From NCBI GenBank assembly GCA_964199315.1, contig OZ116710.1:16554001-16618000 (forward strand): a stretch of DNA of 64,000 nucleotides. Direction: 5' to 3'. A program made the position numbers and the translations under genes. Below are positions 12,401-24,921 of the stretch, in pieces (the stretch's first letter is position 1; each line of letters begins with the position of its first letter). Below the pieces are notes generated by a model. The model worked only from the letters and a program-made list of their open reading frames with translations. It did no database searches and was not told where the DNA came from. This DNA comes from Orbicella franksi (Eukaryota).

Positions 12401-14363
12401 AATCAAAGTTAACGATATCTGTTTTCATAACTGTGGATGTTGATTATTCATTCAAGTTAAAGAATCGATTGGTACGTCCTAAATTCCTTGCTATGTTTGA
12501 ATTATGTTGCAAAAGTCCGTTATGTTTTGTGTCGATGGAAAAACGCGCAAATATTCTGAAATAAGGAAAGAAAATTATACATCAAAGTTATCAACTTACG
12601 TAGGTAACACGTCAGTGTTTGTTAACTAACGAATGGAAGACACCATTTTATTGGACACTGATGGTCACATAAACAAACTGTTCAGGCCAATTATATTCCT
12701 CGTAAGAAAATTGATACTAAATGTAGTTGTCATCTCATAATTATTCCCAAACTTGTTTTATCGAGAATTATTCTAGTCGAGGCAAAACGACGTTAACACA
12801 AGCTGGAGCGACTCGGCTATCAGCGTAAGCTTAGTAGGTTGTATTTTTCTCAGTTTTTTCTTTGTATTTTGATATCAAGGCCCCTAGCATTCCTTTCTCC
12901 TCTTTCGCGTCAAGCAAACGCGATAATAACTTTCGGCGAGAAACCCAAGCCTACAAATACGGTGTGTGATTTTACCCCAGTTAAAAGGTAAGTTAACGCC
13001 AGTTCACAGCACACTTTTCTTTCACATAGAATGCCTTGATAGAGCACATTTTTGACAAACCAATCATGAACTTTCTGTCGGCATTACACGGTTAACGTAA
13101 TTTTTAAATGTGAAGCAACGACATTTCTCTGGAACATGAAATTCTGAGCCTTGTCTCACGGCTATGTATGAAAACCGCGCAACTTAGCCTCCAATTTATT
13201 TTACTAAAATGACTTACAAGACGGCATCTAATTGCTCTTTTTTTACTTGAAGTCTTCAAGAACAAGCTAAGATTTTTGATTGACGAATCGCTAAGGGTAA
13301 AAAGTTATCATATCGCTCTCACTGTTTTAGAAAACATTGCAAGGTAACAGGAAGTTAAAATCGTATTTTTTCTCATTGTATAAAAACAAAAGAACTGTCA
13401 TGAATATTATCAGTGATGTAATGTACTATTGAAAGAGCTCGACTCATGGCCAACAGTGAACTGGTCCGAACACGAACCAAAGTCAACACAAAGGCTAAAA
13501 ACTCTACTGCATACGTACATATACGTAACTTACTTATCATTCCTACACAGTGAGTTGTTCACCAGTGCTTGGAACAGAAAAGCAATTGTCTTCGAGCCTC
13601 GAGGTATGGTACTTTCTTATAATTTTCCTGCTCCTGACGACTAAATTAAATAGTTTCTCAATATTGTAATGCCACCAAAAAAATTCACGTCTCTTTGCCA
13701 ATTAGGGACGTTTTGTCGAATCTCTAAAATCCAGAAAAATTATTCGATGCCACTCTAAATTTCAAATAGGAATAAGTCGCAAGGAAAATACCTTCTCTAT
13801 AGTTTAGATAGCTTTATATATTTCTCCACTTGGCCGCCGGCAATTTCTCCAATTCAAAACTAATATTGTGAGTTAGCGCTAAAAATTGGGAAACATTCAC
13901 ATGCGTTGTTGTTTTGCACAGGTAAAAAAAGAAGCAGCATGAGGAAAAAATGCGTATTGTTTCCTTTCAAAACTAGCACTATCGTTTCAAAATTTGCCAG
14001 TGAGAGGAAATTTGTCCTGAGTGAGAGATACGATATTCAATTTTCGCAGCATTTCCACTGATATGAAAAATACAAATCCGATTTGAGTAGAAGCTAGTAG
14101 ACGACTTGAAGTACAGCTTTCAGAGAGTTTGAATGTCCCCGTTACTAAACTAAAAAAAGCATCACTTAACCAAAGTTTCAATTCAAATTTTTACAAAGAG
14201 AGAAAACGTTTTCACGTCGGTAAATTCCGCTATAATTTTTTAACACGGAGAATAACGTCTCTTTTGTAGAATTTGCCTTTCACCGTGACCCTACTTTAAT
14301 GTGGACTGATCTGGTCGTTGTAAACGATTTTTCGTAGCGAGATCGTGAAGAACTAAGAAAATA

Positions 14364-16008
14364 ATGGCCTTCATTTCACCTGAAGTCTCTGTAATGCCCT
14401 TGTTGTCCCTGTCTGCAATGTTTTTGCTGATGTACTGTGCCGGAGCAAATAACAAAACCAATCAACCGTCGTACAAAATGGTGAGTTATTGCGTTATGTG
14501 ACAAATGTTGATTTCTGGTAAGAGTAAAACGACATTTCTTTGCAAATATTGATTGAACTCTGGAGATTACAGATGCGTCCACGTTGTCCTATTTATAACT
14601 TTGATTGACCTGAAACTAGTTGAGCCGCGCAAACAATCTGGGCTTTCCTTGATGATAGACTACAGTATTTTCCTTCCTCGCATTAAAAATTGTGAAATAT
14701 TGCAACCAAAGCAAGGGAAAATAAAGGGACCTGATTCTAGTAGGAAGAAAAATTAGGAAGTATAAACTTTAAAAGCAAGAAAAAGTCTCAGTAAAATTTA
14801 AGCCTTCATGAGTGGAACAAAGTATTTTGTGACTGGTAAAAAATAACTGAAATATCCAACAACAGATTTTGTAAGATTTCTTGAATTAGCACATCCATGA
14901 TACCGTTAAATTTTAACTCTTTTTAGTCGCATGAACATCGCTAAGGTGATATTTATTGATATATTAAAGTACTGCTCCCTGTTGATTGCCTCTAATTCAA
15001 ACTACAAAAACTCTGTATACGAGTGAATGGTAAAAACAGCGTGAAAATTTATGATTGTGAATTCTGAATAACTCATAACCTCTTTCTCATTCTAATTCAG
15101 CAACCTCCTTTCTGTTATGGTGGTATTCCTGGTATGCATGGCAAGCCTGGGTCTCCTGGGGCGCCAGGTCGTGATGGTCGTGATGGTCGTGAAGGAGTCA
15201 AAGGTGACCACGGCAGCCCGGGAAAGACTGGACCCCGGGGACCTCTAGGAACTCCTGGTATCAATGGAAAGAATGGCGCCAAAGGAGAACCTGGAGTCCA
15301 GGGCCCTCCCGGCCAAAAGGGGCAGCGCGGAGAGAGTGGAGCAAGAGGAATCCCTGGTACGCCTGGTGTGATGTCTTATAAGAACTGGAGGGAGTGCGTA
15401 TGGAAAAACTTGAATGACGACAAAGATCACGGTCTGATCAAGGTGATTGAGTTTTATAGGTGACGTTTTTGTAACAGATCATTGTGCACATGATTTATTC
15501 ACTGGCAAACAGGACACCATCCGTGTTTTTCTTTGTGTTGTTAAGCGCTAATTGATTTCTGTTGCCCTAATTTTGTGAATATTGTCGAGTGAATGTTTCC
15601 TCTTGATCAGTTATCGATCCCTTTAATTTCTCTTCTGTTTTCCATTTTGTACAGGACTTTTTGTTCACCAAGAACTTCTCTGACACTTCCCTCCATGTTT
15701 ACTGGACTGGCGTTCTTAGAATTACTAACTATGACACCTGCTGCAAACGCTGGTATTTCACTTTCAACGGTGCTGAATGTTCAGGTCCCCTTCCAATTGA
15801 CGGTGTTGTGTACATGTATAAAGGAAGTGGTAAAGATCCCCGTCGCGTCCGCCATATTGAGGGACATTGTAACAACATCCACAAAGGCAAGGTGCGCGTG
15901 GGATTCTGGGTTGGTAATTGTGCTAGTTACGGAAATGCTGACGCCTACACAGGCTGGAATTCAGTGTCCCGGATCTTTGTTGAAGAAGTTCCTAAACCTC
16001 AGGCATAG
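14364..16008 (+). CDS. CTHRC1: CTHRC1-like protein, copy 3, complete (exons 14364-14480, 15101-15442, 15655-16008)
   Basis: Exon 1 [39 protein letters not shown] then GTGAG donor; 28 Gly-X-Y triplets; intact head exon, though two otherwise conserved Cys are replaced. Confidence 0.88.
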
Positions 16009-16890
16009 GTCTTGAGACAAAACATCCATTTTTGCATAAACGTTTACAACGGGACATTGATGAAATGCTGGGTGTGCTCTGTAATGTTTTCTACGCGTTT
16101 GCTGATGTAAAATAAATAGCAGGAAGTTTGACAGAGATATCTTTACTTGTCTGCTTCTTCATTTTTTTTTTCTGCGGATTGAATAACGCACCTCGAAAAA
16201 GCTGAATATGCCATTTCTTTAAACATTTCCGCAAGTTAGAACGTTTACAAAAAATGTTGGCGGTGCAAGAGCTACACCTGGCCAGTAAACATGGCGTCAA
16301 CAAAGACAAGATCCTGCGACATGTGAGCACGCTGTGGAGCCACTTGTGAGGGAAGACCACGTGACCACGACATTTTAGAAAATTTGCGAAAATTACAAAC
16401 ATGAGCATATAAAATTGCAAAAAGCTGAAACGACATTGGACCAAGGAAAGCATAATGACCAACCTAGCCAAAATAGCTAGAAAACAAGTTAAGAGAGAAA
16501 CAATGTAAAAGCAGGAAAAACGATAAAGACCAATCGAGCGCCCACAGCCAGACGTTAGTGCTCAACCGATAATATTGTGAAACACAAAGCAGCCTTGAGC
16601 TTTATTCAATTTCAAACGGTTTTTAGAAATGTCACCTAAACTGGGAACCTAAACTAGTGTGACTGGGGTGATTGTCTTGCTATTTTTCATTCAAAAGGAG
16701 AATCAAGCCGATTTTATAACTGTGGCGGAATAAATTACTAGTGACTTATTTAACTTATTAACAATTTTGTTCGCGGGTTTAAAATCTACTCGTATGAAGT
16801 TAGCGAACGCAGCTTTTTTAAAACTATAATCACCCAGTATTTTAAAGAAGAATTAAAGAAAATAAATTGTAGTAAACAACTTCCCTGAAA

Positions 16891-17047
16891 TGGACCTTTT
16901 CGGCGATACGACGGCCATTTTGAATTCTATTGTTTCAACTAGTTATTATGGGATGCTCAGAGAGCAAATACATATACTAATATTCGCCCACTGAGCATCC
17001 CATAACAATAGAATTCAAAATTGCTGTCATATCGCCGAAAAGGTCCA
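16891..17047. mobile_element. ~157-bp hairpin MITE
   Basis: tggaccttttcggcgata... / ...tatcgccgaaaaggtcca inverted termini. The homologous region near 32520 (ccctgaacttgacgtc) lacks it. Confidence 0.7.
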
Positions 17048-18160
17048 TTGACGTCTGAAACGCGCAGTGGTATTACTTTCAAGAGGGAGACTGATCAACA
17101 ATATGTTATTGTGCTGCCTTGTATGACTGGAGACATATCCACTCACGTTTAAGTTTCTAAGTTTTTATCGCCTGCACCATATCAAATCGCAAAAATGTCG
17201 TCTTGCTGACCCACTTTGCTTGACGTAATTGATGCAGTAACGATATATGGCCATGAATTAAAGCTTGTTGCTGTTACTTGTGTAAAAAGAAGACAGGGCC
17301 ATGTGCGCCATATAGAAAGAACTATTTCAAAACATGTTTTTCCTCAAAACATTGGCCGCGGAAGAAGATCTCTCATTAATTTCCTTTAGATTGAATGAAC
17401 ATAATCGACTTGTTCTTGACGGAGACACCTCAACAACAAGTAGTAAACATAAAGGGATTAAAGGTAGTTAATCCTTAAAACAAAGTCTCAGTTGTAGTGT
17501 GGAACTGCTTACAAGTATAGAAAAGGCGCGCAAGAAATTGGACTTACGCGCGTCGCAAAAGTCTCCTTATCTGAGGTCGTATAAAGCTTAACGAGAGACC
17601 TATACAAATTATTAATGGTCATTTATGGAAGAAACTCCGTTGCAGTTTAGCATGCAGACCATGGTTTTCTCAAAAACAGGTTTTTAAGCTTACAGTCATG
17701 TCTTTTTTTTATTTCAGTTCTTTTTTAAAACAGCTATGTCTTTAACAATATCCACCCGCAGAGAACTTTTCTACACGCAACAAGTCTGCTGTGAAGTTTT
17801 ATTCAAACATTTGTTGCTGCAAAAAGCTATTCTCTATCAAAAGGCTTACTGTGGAATAAAATGTTCGACTGGTAATAGATAACACACCATGCTCATTTTC
17901 CCAAGTAAATGAAGCATGAGCTATTGGCTGTCTGACTACAGTTGTGTGATTATAGTAAATAGCACAAGCAGGGTCCTGGTAACAGGTTGTGACATCATAT
18001 ACACCGTTTGGCGACGTCACAAGTTAGTGTAAAGAGAAAGTCTGGGTACTTAAGGCAGATGACTTCATCAGGATGCATAGATTGATAAACGATCTTAAAA
18101 TTAACCAAAGGATCTGATTTTACTCTTAAGAGTTCCTGTCCATAAAAATGGAAAATAACT

Positions 18161-19016
18161 CGGCAAGGGTCGAAAATTCGATTTCACTCATATTTTCATG
18201 GTAGATAGGCTAGGGCATGACAAAAACTACTGGATAGTTTTTTTGGCAAAATATCCTTTTATTTCAAAGAAATATGCAAATTACCAACTTCCGTTAAAAT
18301 CGTCATTTGACGCACCATTTTATTAAACAAGTTTGAGAGCCTCGCATACAAAACCACATCATTCTTCCGTCTTTAAAACACTCAAATATTTTTGTGCAAT
18401 GTTTAAATGTGTACTGGGTTAGTTTTAGAGAATGTTGGGTTGTCTTTTTGGGTGCAAAATAATTAAATTTCGAAGACATGTATTTCATTCACTTAAAAGT
18501 ACTTCGTGTATATAATTAATTTTCACCATGTGCGAAACCTTCAAATGGATTAAGCTTCTGGTGGTTGAATCGCAGAAGGATGATCTACAGATTCCTGTAA
18601 AAATTTCTTTGGGCAAATGATTGTGAGCGACGCGAGAGCTTTTCAAAATACGTTAAAAATGAAAATATTTGACCAATTCCTCATCAAATTTCAATTTACG
18701 GGTTAGAAATTTAATTATTTTGCACCCAAAAAGACAACGCAACATTCCCTAAAACTAACCCAGTACACATTTAAACATTGCACAAAAATATTTGAGTGTT
18801 TTAAAGACGGAAGAGTGATGTGGTTTTGCATGCGAGGCTCTCAAACTTGTTTAATAAAATGGTGCGTCAAATGACGATTTTAACGGAAGTTGGTAATTTG
18901 CATATTTCTTTGAAATAAAAGGATATTTTGCCAAAAAAACTATTCAGTAGTTTTTGCCATGCCCTAGCCTATCTACCATAAGAATATGAGCGAAATCGAA
19001 TTTTCTACCCTTGCCG
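18161..19016. mobile_element. Fold-back element with ~310-bp terminal inverted repeats
   Basis: 18161-~18471 (cggcaagggtcgaaaattcgatttc...) is a near-identical reverse complement of ~18706-19016 (...gaaatcgaattttctacccttgccg), with a ~235-bp non-coding spacer. Confidence 0.8.
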
Positions 19017-19381
19017 CGAAATTAAGAATTTGTCTGATTTCTACAAGCAGGCACTCTTAAATGTGAAAACAACACAAGCATTCTCCAAAATGCTACGGTC
19101 AATCGTCAATAGACAGCTGAAGGGCAATGATGTGAAGGTAAGTGAAACTTTAATCACTGTTTAATTTTATAGAAGGAAAAAGACCATTCTCGTCCCCATA
19201 GCCCTTTTCGCTTCTCTTAGCCGGCGGGGCCTTGGCATGAGAATCGAAAGGTTCTGGAGACATGGGATTTCCGATTCTTAGACTCTAGGACCTCCGATCT
19301 TCATGTACCTAGTCGTAATATTGTTGTATATTGTATGGGATTGACAATGGCGGTCGTCGAGGCAGGATTCGAGGTATCAAT

Positions 19382-19567
19382 TTGGAGAATGTTTCCGTCC
19401 GTGTAGAACAGAAAGAGGTGATAAGGAACATTGTTGTTTTAAAGAAAGACACTAATTTTTTTACCTGCTTTGGCAAGTCATTGATTTTTCAGCTATTGCC
19501 CTTCGTTTTCGACTACTGGCATGGATCAACTGAATCGTTTATTTTGGTTGTTTCGCCTTTAAATGCG
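19382..19567 (+). pseudogene. Fragment of a RecQ-like/DEAD-DEAH helicase N-terminus
   Basis: Translation QKEVIRNIVVLKKDTNFFTCFGKSLIFQL...ILVVSPLNA resembles RecQ motif I (TGxGKSL.YQL) and motif Ia (VVSPL); degenerate and truncated. Confidence 0.55.
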
Positions 19568-19722
19568 AGATCATACCGTGAAGCAAAACGATTTACAGTT
19601 CAGCTTTTTAATTGTTCGGAATACGGAGACATTTAGCGAGGTTGAAATTAAAGATATCAATTAAGCAATCAAAAAAGAGAGGATGGCATCATATCTTGCT
19701 TATGCCGATTATTTTTCCATAG

Positions 19723-20078
19723 GAGTGTTTGTTCACCAAGAACTTCTCTGACACTTCCCTCCATGTTTACTGGACTGGCGTTCTTAGAATCACCAACTGT
19801 GACAACTGCTGCAAACGCTGGTATTTCACTTTCAACGGTGCTAAATGTTCAGGTCCCCTTCCAATTGATGGTATTGTGTACTTGTGGAAAGGAAGCAGTA
19901 AAAATCTCGATCGTGTCTGCCATATTGAGGGGCACTGTAACAACATCCACACAAGCAAGGTGCGCATGGGATTCTGGGTCACTAATTGTACCGGATACAG
20001 TGGAAGTTATAACGCCTACACAGGCTAAAAGTCAGTGTCCTGGTCTTTACTGAAGAATTTCCTAAACCCCAGGCTTAA
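19723..20078 (+). pseudogene. CTHRC1: CTHRC1-like copy 4: orphan head exon
   Basis: Acceptor AG at 19721-19722; premature TAA at 20026-20028 in place of Trp, then a 1-nt deletion. No collagen exon upstream. Confidence 0.85.
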
Positions 20079-21033
20079 CTCTCGAAACAAAACATCCATT
20101 CCTGCATAAACGCTTATAATGGGACAGTGATAAATTGCTTCATTATATAACGAGCTGTTTCTTTGATACTCTGATGTGCTCTGTAATTTTTTTACGTTTG
20201 CTGGTTTTAAATAAAATGCAGGAAGATTGAGAAAGAGATGGTTGCTCTTTTGTATATCTTTTCTTTCTTCATGCTTGAGAGAGAGAGCTGCAGTGTTTCG
20301 TAATGGAAACCGAGGAATAGCCAGAGAAAGAGAACACTGAGGAGAAACCTGAGTGAAAAAAACGCAAGTTGAATATTGATGTGTATATCTCTGGGGTCAT
20401 TTCTGGCTCTCTGGGTAAAAACAATGCAAAAACAAATCTGATATATAACAACTCCTTACCAAGTGTGCGGAGGAATTAAGTGAAAATGTATCAGTGCAGT
20501 CTTTAACTCAGAGTGTAGTCTGATGGAGCACTCAGTTTACCTCTACGACTTAGTCATGCATCTCCTTGGTATAGAATTCGAAAGAATCTCATAAAAACTG
20601 CGAATACTTCCAAGATAATCCGCACAGAAGGAAAACAGAACGAACGTTATTGTTATTGTTTTTTGTTTTTTTCTGTTACGACTAGGAAAAATTGAAAGTC
20701 ACACTGAAGAGGCCAAAAGATTGAAAAACTGAACTGTGTGCACATTTAACACCTGTCCACTTTAGACTATATAAATTGCATGCCATTATATAAATTTCTT
20801 TATCGGTGTTGGGGGGAGTAATGGGTTTTTTTTTATGGAGCTGATCTTTCACTGATCTCGTATTGAGAAAGTTGATGTTGAATTTATCGACTGAATTAAC
20901 AAGAAAATGAACGCAATGCAAGCGCTAAACAACGCAAAATACTAATATAATGTTTTTTTTTCTTATGAAGTAGAGGAGTAAAAAACTGACAGAAAGAAAT
21001 TAAAACGAATGGTTGTCTTCCGTATCGATCATC

Positions 21034-21547
21034 TGCATGGCAAGCCTGGGTCTCCTGGGGTACCAGGTCGTGATGGTCGTGATGGCCGTGAAGGAGTCAA
21101 AGGTGACCAAGGCAGCCCGGGGAAGACTGGACCCCAGGGACCTCTAGGAACTCCTGGTATGAATAGAAAGAATGGCGCCAAAGGAGAACCTGGAGTCCAG
21201 GGCCCTCCCGGCCAAAAGGGGCAGCGCGGAGAGAGTGGAAGAAGTGGAATCCCTGGAAATCCCGGTCTGATGGCTAACAAGAATTGGAAAGAGTGCGCAT
21301 GGAAAAACTTGAATGACGGCAAAGATCACGGCCTGATCAAGGTGGTTCTAACTGATCTTTGCGACTAGACTATAACATATGATTATATCTAGAAAATAAA
21401 CTGAGAGGATGTCATCATATCTTGCTTATGCTGATTATTTTTCCACAGGAGTGTTTGTTCACTAAGAACTTCTCTGACACTTCGCTCCATGTTTACTGGA
21501 CTGGCGTTCTAAGAGTCCAGAACTGTAACAACTGCTGCAAACGCTGG
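21034..21547 (+). pseudogene. CTHRC1: CTHRC1-like copy 5: doubly truncated (exon 2 remnant 21034-21341, exon 3 start 21449-21547)
   Basis: The collagen exon lacks its acceptor and first codons and is fused to sequence homologous to the 3' flank at ~53460. Exon 3 breaks off after CCKRW. Confidence 0.85.
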
Positions 21548-21864
21548 CAAAAATATTAAAGAGCGCAGCCCTCGAATAAGCGCCGCATTCATTCACAACC
21601 ATGCGGCGCCTAAATGAAGCATCATCAGACTGAATTGTTCAGACTGAACTGTACAACTTAATGTTAAGCAGCCTCGAAAACTTTTTTCCTGGACGGATTG
21701 CAATGTGTTTCAATTCAAAGTGGCGATATTTCTGTTGTTAACATCTGCTTGTCATCATCCACAAGTGTTAGGAATATTTCAAAGAGTGACCCCTCAAATA
21801 AACGCCGCAACCGAAACACTAAATATATGAAGGCGCCGTGGCGCTCAAACGAGTGAAAACGGTA
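21548..21864. mobile_element. One-ended MITE remnant with repeated aataagcgccgc motifs; truncates copy 5
   Basis: ctcgaataagcgccgca, aaataaacgccgca and a terminus ...gagtgaaaacggta; starts where exon 3 homology stops. Confidence 0.45.
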
Positions 21865-22030
21865 CATGAGTTAGATGCGCTGTAAAGATGCGCAGAAACA
21901 ACTTCCGGGAACGTTAACCCTAAGGGTCGAGCTATTACAACATTGTTGCTTGCTAAATCTTGAGTCAAAGATGGCGACGTATAAAATTAAAAGATAAAGA
22001 AATTTCAGAAACATTGATAAGTCTATTCAT

Positions 22031-22349
22031 TAGAGAGCTTAAGCAATGATGACGGCAACCTCAAGGACAACGCCTACTAAAAAGTGAATTTATAATTTAA
22101 CTTCGCATTTTGTAATTGTCCAGATCTGTTCAGTGCGCTTATTGGTCTCAGAACTTGTTCAAGCTTAAAATATAACGCCAACTTTCAATTCCAACTGAAA
22201 AACACGAAAGATTAACTGCCGCCGTTCGCGTTCTCTTAGTCATTTCACGTTGTTGTTTTGCAAAGGACAACAAAGAAATGTACAAAGATTTATAACGGAC
22301 GTGTAGAGCCACTGGTCTCGTTGCCGTCGTGGTTTGCTTAAGCTCTCTA
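22031..22349. mobile_element. Non-autonomous TIR element (MITE)
   Basis: TIRs tagagagcttaagcaa / ttgcttaagctctcta; no ORF. Confidence 0.7.
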
Positions 22350-23872
22350 TTAACGTACAAACCCTCGACGACACCAGTAATAAAGCCCTAAAAAGATGGT
22401 TTGTATTCTGAAAGATTGCGACAGATTAGCTACAAAATATATGCAAAATATGTTAATGCTAAATTTATGAAGTACAGTGGAAGCTCGCTTAGCGGAGACT
22501 CTCTTAAGCGGACAACTCTACTTACGACCGCCTTCACAAAACCCCGTTTGGACTCCCGTACAAACTCCCAGTCTGTATTTATTTATTACCGGAAGCCGTC
22601 GTTCTCGTAAGCGGCCACGGACACTTTGCGGGCTTACGATCGGGACTTTTCCTTCGTTTTTAAAGCTCCCGTAAGCGGACAGCGGAAAGGGATTGACCTG
22701 ACTTTGAAAGATACTCGTAAACATTTGTAAACTGTATCACTACTTTTTGTTGCTGGCTGCATGCAATTATGGTTTGTTATTAATTTCGAAACATTAATAA
22801 GTTTACTCGTTAGTGAGCTTAAGCATTGGCGACCGCGACCCCGATGACAACGCCTACTAAACTGAAGGACGGTAAGTGACATTTCTTACGTGGTAAAGTA
22901 CAACAATAAATACAAAGTAATAAAGGGGTTTAAAGTAGACTGCCATATCACTGGGTAAACTGATGATGAAGTACCACCAATCATCTGGAAGCTATAACAT
23001 CACTTAATGGAATAAAAAGTTTTAATTTTCAATCACTGTTTTGACAACAACCGGACAAGAACAAACTAGCGCCGAAAAAAAAAAAAAACTTGCAGGGCGC
23101 AATCTTTAGCTCTTCAGTTTGCGACAAGAGGTGAAAGTGAAGCCTACTAAATGGTAAGTTCATATTGAACCTTTGTTGTCGGTTTTGATAAAGTTAAAAG
23201 ACTTCTTTTGTTCTGACCGTGGATTTAAACTCAGGTGGAGACTTGGTAATCGACTTTGGGGAATATATTCAAGGTAAACACGAAAGGATTAAATGTACCC
23301 TCGCCTTTGTTATGTATGCTCTCTAGTACAGCAATATTCGTGACTAGATACGTTCTGTTAAAGCAAAATTTTCTAATGGATATGAGTCTGAAAAGAAAAC
23401 TAGTTTACTTATCTGACGATGCTTCTCTTGAATGGCACTGGGATACGTTTGTTGACGTAAGACATGGACAGCCATATGAAATCATCAGTTGAAAATAACT
23501 TTATATAAATATAAATTAATTATATCCATATAAATTTATTGTGGCGGGTTTTGTAAGCAGGCCATGTGCGTGTACGGTCACGGAAAGTGAGAAGTGAAAC
23601 ACGAAGGAAGAGGATGATCTCAATGGGAAGGTTAAACGAGAGGCCCGAGGGTCTCATGGGATCGGCTTACGGTTAAAAATAAGTCGTTTTGATGGTTGAC
23701 GCTTAAATTTTAGGTCATTTGACAGTTAAAGGTTAATTTTTGGGAATGAAGTTTATAACTAAAAATTAAAGCGCAAATCCGACTGTAACTTTTCATTTAT
23801 GGATAGAATTTTGTCCTTATTTGAATAATCCCTTTAGTCCAATAATTTGTGCATTAAAAATTTGGTTTTTAG

Positions 23873-24921
23873 TCTACGTCTCGGGTTTGCCCGGCACACA
23901 TGGTAAGCATGGTACCCCAGGGATACCCGGGCGGTATGGACGTGATGGTCGTGACGGAAATCAGGGAATGACTGGAACAGCGGGACCTCCAGAACAGCAA
24001 GGAAAAAAAGAGAGAAACTGGTGTCCAGGGCCCAAGCGGAAAAAAAGGGGAGCGCGGGGATGTGGCATCTGGTCTGATGTCTCATAAGAACTGAAACGAA
24101 TGCGCAGCACTGCGCATGGAAAAACTTGAACGACGACAAAGACAACGTTCTGATCAAGGTGGATGATTTTTGTAGGTTGCAAAAATTTTGTTTTTTAAAC
24201 CAGATCATAACACACAGCTTTCTCAAGCTCACTGAGCATGAGTGAGCGTTGTTTTTGGTGACAGCTAATCATACAGCAAAACATAAGGATTTATGTGGGA
24301 ATGAAACGAATGTATTAGGAACCATAGAAAATAGCAATAAATTGGCAATGAGAACACAATTTGCATTTCATATGCATTTTCGTGGTGTTTTAGGTCGTGT
24401 TAAGCGATTTCAGCGAGTCTTAATTTGTCTCTATTACCCTAGAATCAAGAAGCTATGAACAACTCAGTCTCTTGCCTAAAATACATAAGTAATTTTATGA
24501 TTATCATAGTTTCATGATCAGCTATAGATTTCTTTCATTTCTATTCTCTTTCCATTCTGTACAGGAGTGTGTGTTCACCAAGAACTTCTCTGACACATCT
24601 CGCCATGTTTACTGGACTGGTGCTCTAAGAATCTACAACTGTGACAACTGCTGCTCAAGCTGGTATTTCACTTTCAACGGTGCTGAATGTTCAGGCCCCC
24701 TTCCCATTGACGGTATTTTGTTCATGTATAAAGGAAGCGGTAAAAATCCCAGTCGTGTCCGCCATATTGAGGGGCACTGTAACCACACCCGCAAAGGCAA
24801 GGTGCGCGTGGGATTCTGGGTCACTAATTGTGCCGGATTCAGTGGAAGTTACGACGCCTACACTGGATACAATTCAGTGTCCCGGATCTTTATTGAAGAA
24901 ATTCCTAAACCTCAGGCTTAG
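23873..24921 (+). pseudogene. CTHRC1: CTHRC1-like copy 6: broken collagen exon (~23873-24158), intact head exon 24565-24921
   Basis: +1 frameshift in the A-run near 24001-24012, TGG>TGA at 24092-24094, and a small insertion. Exon 3 is open and full length. No signal-peptide exon identified. Confidence 0.8.

Larger units (their letters stand above)
6995..16010 (+). repeat. Segmental duplication block B (long upstream region + gene), paralogous to ~32945-35309 and ~39852-47430, and partly to ~55440-57635 and 63702-64000
   Basis: Collinear matches, e.g. 9331 ttgtagccttcgaacacc vs 39852; 11041 gaatcttccaccgcttaatt vs 42240 and 56695; 13271 gacgaatcgctaagggtaaaaag vs 44390 and 63742. Confidence 0.9.

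Noticed and set aside
22475-22736. TA|CAGTGG... possible Tc1/mariner MITE
   Set aside because: Only the left end is convincing; no matching right TIR found.
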